From: Candidatus Poribacteria bacterium
Lineage (GTDB): Bacteria > Poribacteria > WGA-4E > PCPOR2b
Length of the DNA stretch: 64,000 nt
Direction of reading: 5' to 3'
Assembly (NCBI GenBank): GCA_965218095.1
Contig: OZ244587.1
Coordinates: 2,944,001 to 3,008,000 of the forward strand
Numbering within the stretch: position 1 is the stretch's first letter; each line of letters begins with the position of its first letter. Under the pieces are notes generated by a model. It was not told the DNA's origin. It ran no database searches and was given only the letters and a program-made list of their open reading frames with translations. Positions 62,003-64,000 of this stretch are shown piece by piece. A program made the position numbers and the translations under genes.

Positions 62003-63667
62003 ATGCCAAAAACCGGTGCAGAACTGTTAGTCGAATCGCTGGTGGCTGCGGGAGTCAAACACCTGTTCACGCTCTCCGGCAACCAGATTCTTTCCATCTA
62101 CGACGCCACTATCGGGCGCGAGCTCGAACTCATTCACACACGCCACGAAGCGGCGGCGGTGCATATGGCAGATGGCTGGGGGCGTCTGACCGAGCAGCCG
62201 GGCGTCGCATTACTGACTGCCGGACCAGGGCATTGCAACGGTCTTTCCGCCCTCTATGTCGCGTTGATGGCGCAGTCGCCGGTGGTGCTATTGAGCGGAC
62301 ACTGCCCGCTCGCACAGATCGGCAGAGGCGCGTTTCAGGAGATTGACCAGGTCGCCGCCGCCAGGCCGGTGACAAAAGCGGCGTGGCTGGTAGAGGAGGC
62401 AGACCATCTCGGGGAAAATATCACGACCGCGCTTTCTCTTGCTCGCGAGGGGTGTCCCGGTCCCGTTCACCTGAGCCTACCCACCGATGTGCTGGAAGCT
62501 CCCGTATCCCTTCGCTGCGCTCAAAGGCAAGCTTCTCTATCAACGACTTCTATCTCAACCGATAAGGGCGCGAATGGAAGGCTGGAAGGAAGTATAAACG
62601 AGGTACTCAATCGACTCTCCGAAGCGAAGTGTCCACTGATTTTGGCGGGACCAGCAATGGCACGACCGATGCGCTGGGCGGACGTGGAGCGGCTGTCAGA
62701 GATTACCGGTATCCCTGCCCTTCCGATGGAAAGCCCACGCGGGGTCAACGATCCGTGGCTGCATCAAGCGACAAACTGCCTTGGCGAGGCAGATGTCGTG
62801 CTATTGGTGGGAAAGAATTTGGACTTCTCGTTGCGTTTCGGTCAGCCGCCTTTTTTCTCCGAAGCCTGTTGCTTTATTCAGATTGACGCCGATCATGAGC
62901 AACTGCACGAGGATGAGCAGGTTGTGCTGGCGATACATGATGAACCGTCACGGGTCGTGCGGCAATTGGCGGCAGCCGCACAAGGGCAGAAGTGGCAACA
63001 CCGTTCCTGGCGGGAAGATGTCATGGTAGCCCGAAATGCCGTGCCTCCCGAATGGGAACAACTGCGTCGATCATCCCGTCAGCCCATTCATCCCCTGCGC
63101 GTGTGTAAGGCGCTTCAGCCATTCTTGGACGACGATGGGATATTCATCAGCGATGGCGGCGAGTTTGGGCAGTGGGCGCAAGCTGCTTTGAGTCCTGATG
63201 GAATCGGGGCAGGACTGGAGACGCAATGCCGTCTTATCAATGGCCCATCAGGCGCTATCGGCAGTTCGCTTCCTATGGCGCTCGCCGCAAAATTGGCGCA
63301 TCCGCAGCGGCAGGTGTTTGTCATCTTAGGCGACGGCACATTCGGCTACCATGCACTGGAGTTTGATACCGCGCTCCGCTACAATCTGTCGGTCATCGCT
63401 GTTGTCGGCAACGACGCCCGCTGGAATGCGGAGCATCAGTTACAGATTCGGAACTATGGCGTGGAGCGCACGGTCGGCTGTGACCTGCTGCCGTCACGCT
63501 ACGATAAAGTGGTGGAGGCATTGGGCGGGCATGGCGAATTTGTCCAGTGCTCTGACGATCTCACCTCTGCGCTTGAGCGTGCAATTGAGTTGGGACTGCC
63601 GGCGTGCATCAACATTGCTATAGAAGGCGCGGGGGCGCCGACATTTTGGCTTGGCGCGGTCTCATAA
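62003..63667 (+). CDS. Thiamine pyrophosphate-dependent enzyme (acetolactate synthase-like)
   Basis: TRHEAAA, GPG, GDGTFG...GND ThDP motif. Confidence 0.9.
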   Translation: MPKTGAELLVESLVAAGVKHLFTLSGNQILSIYDATIGRELELIHTRHEAAAVHMADGWGRLTEQPGVALLTAGPGHCNGLSALYVALMAQSPVVLLSGHCPLAQIGRGAFQEIDQVAAARPVTKAAWLVEEADHLGENITTALSLAREGCPGPVHLSLPTDVLEAPVSLRCAQRQASLSTTSISTDKGANGRLEGSINEVLNRLSEAKCPLILAGPAMARPMRWADVERLSEITGIPALPMESPRGVNDPWLHQATNCLGEADVVLLVGKNLDFSLRFGQPPFFSEACCFIQIDADHEQLHEDEQVVLAIHDEPSRVVRQLAAAAQGQKWQHRSWREDVMVARNAVPPEWEQLRRSSRQPIHPLRVCKALQPFLDDDGIFISDGGEFGQWAQAALSPDGIGAGLETQCRLINGPSGAIGSSLPMALAAKLAHPQRQVFVILGDGTFGYHALEFDTALRYNLSVIAVVGNDARWNAEHQLQIRNYGVERTVGCDLLPSRYDKVVEALGGHGEFVQCSDDLTSALERAIELGLPACINIAIEGAGAPTFWLGAVS

Positions 63668-64000
63668 CAGAATTAGTCCGGACAAATCACCGATACCCAA
63701 TCCTCAAAATCGGGAGGGTGTCACAATCTGCTGGGATTTGAGTGCTTCGATCTCTTGTCGCTGCTGGTTCAATTTCTCAAACATCATCCGCGCCTGGCGT
63801 TCGAGGTGGGACAGATCCGATTTCCTACCAGATAGGCATATCGCACAACTGCTGTCAAGGTCTTCAAGTCATTTGGAGAAGACGGATTCCTGTCTTAACG
63901 TGAGTTGGGGGATGTAAGCCACACATGGACGCGAGTGTGTGAGGGGGCGAATATGTGAGGAGCAATTCATCCAACCGCCTTTCCTCGCGCCTCCGCTCCT

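Noticed and set aside
63651-64000. ORFs at the right edge
   Set aside because: Short interrupted frames with no recognisable motif

Overview
Bacterial chromosomal window. The gene repertoire (PhyH dioxygenase, DUF6807/PmoA-like, Gfo/Idh/MocA, Uma2 remnant, TPR and peptidase-MA proteins) suggests Candidatus Poribacteria or a similar lineage; this is inference only. Intact housekeeping genes include infA, cinA-like, cysteine synthase, trpD, trpC, guaA, pcrA, gatC, gatA, ctpA, hisF and cvpA. They are interleaved with many decaying genes (J-domain protein, yafQ, tal-pgi, TIM-barrel isomerase, capA, and ART-like, HEPN, PIN, Uma2 and histidine-kinase remnants). Also present are two IS5-family copies, a tnpB-only IS200/IS605 element, an HNH nuclease, a fused type IIG/Eco57I-like R-M enzyme and an ECF sigma/double-FHA pair. 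Most notable: (i) the tnpB element splits a reconstructable TTGACA-17-TATAGT promoter and encodes a rearranged-RuvC (Fanzor-like) TnpB; (ii) recurrent 17-24 bp tandem duplications whose frame tracks gene integrity; (iii) tiny palindromic elements inserted in-frame in genes and into the IS end; (iv) an IF-1 with a long basic GRGP-repeat extension. No rRNA, tRNA or CRISPR array was seen.
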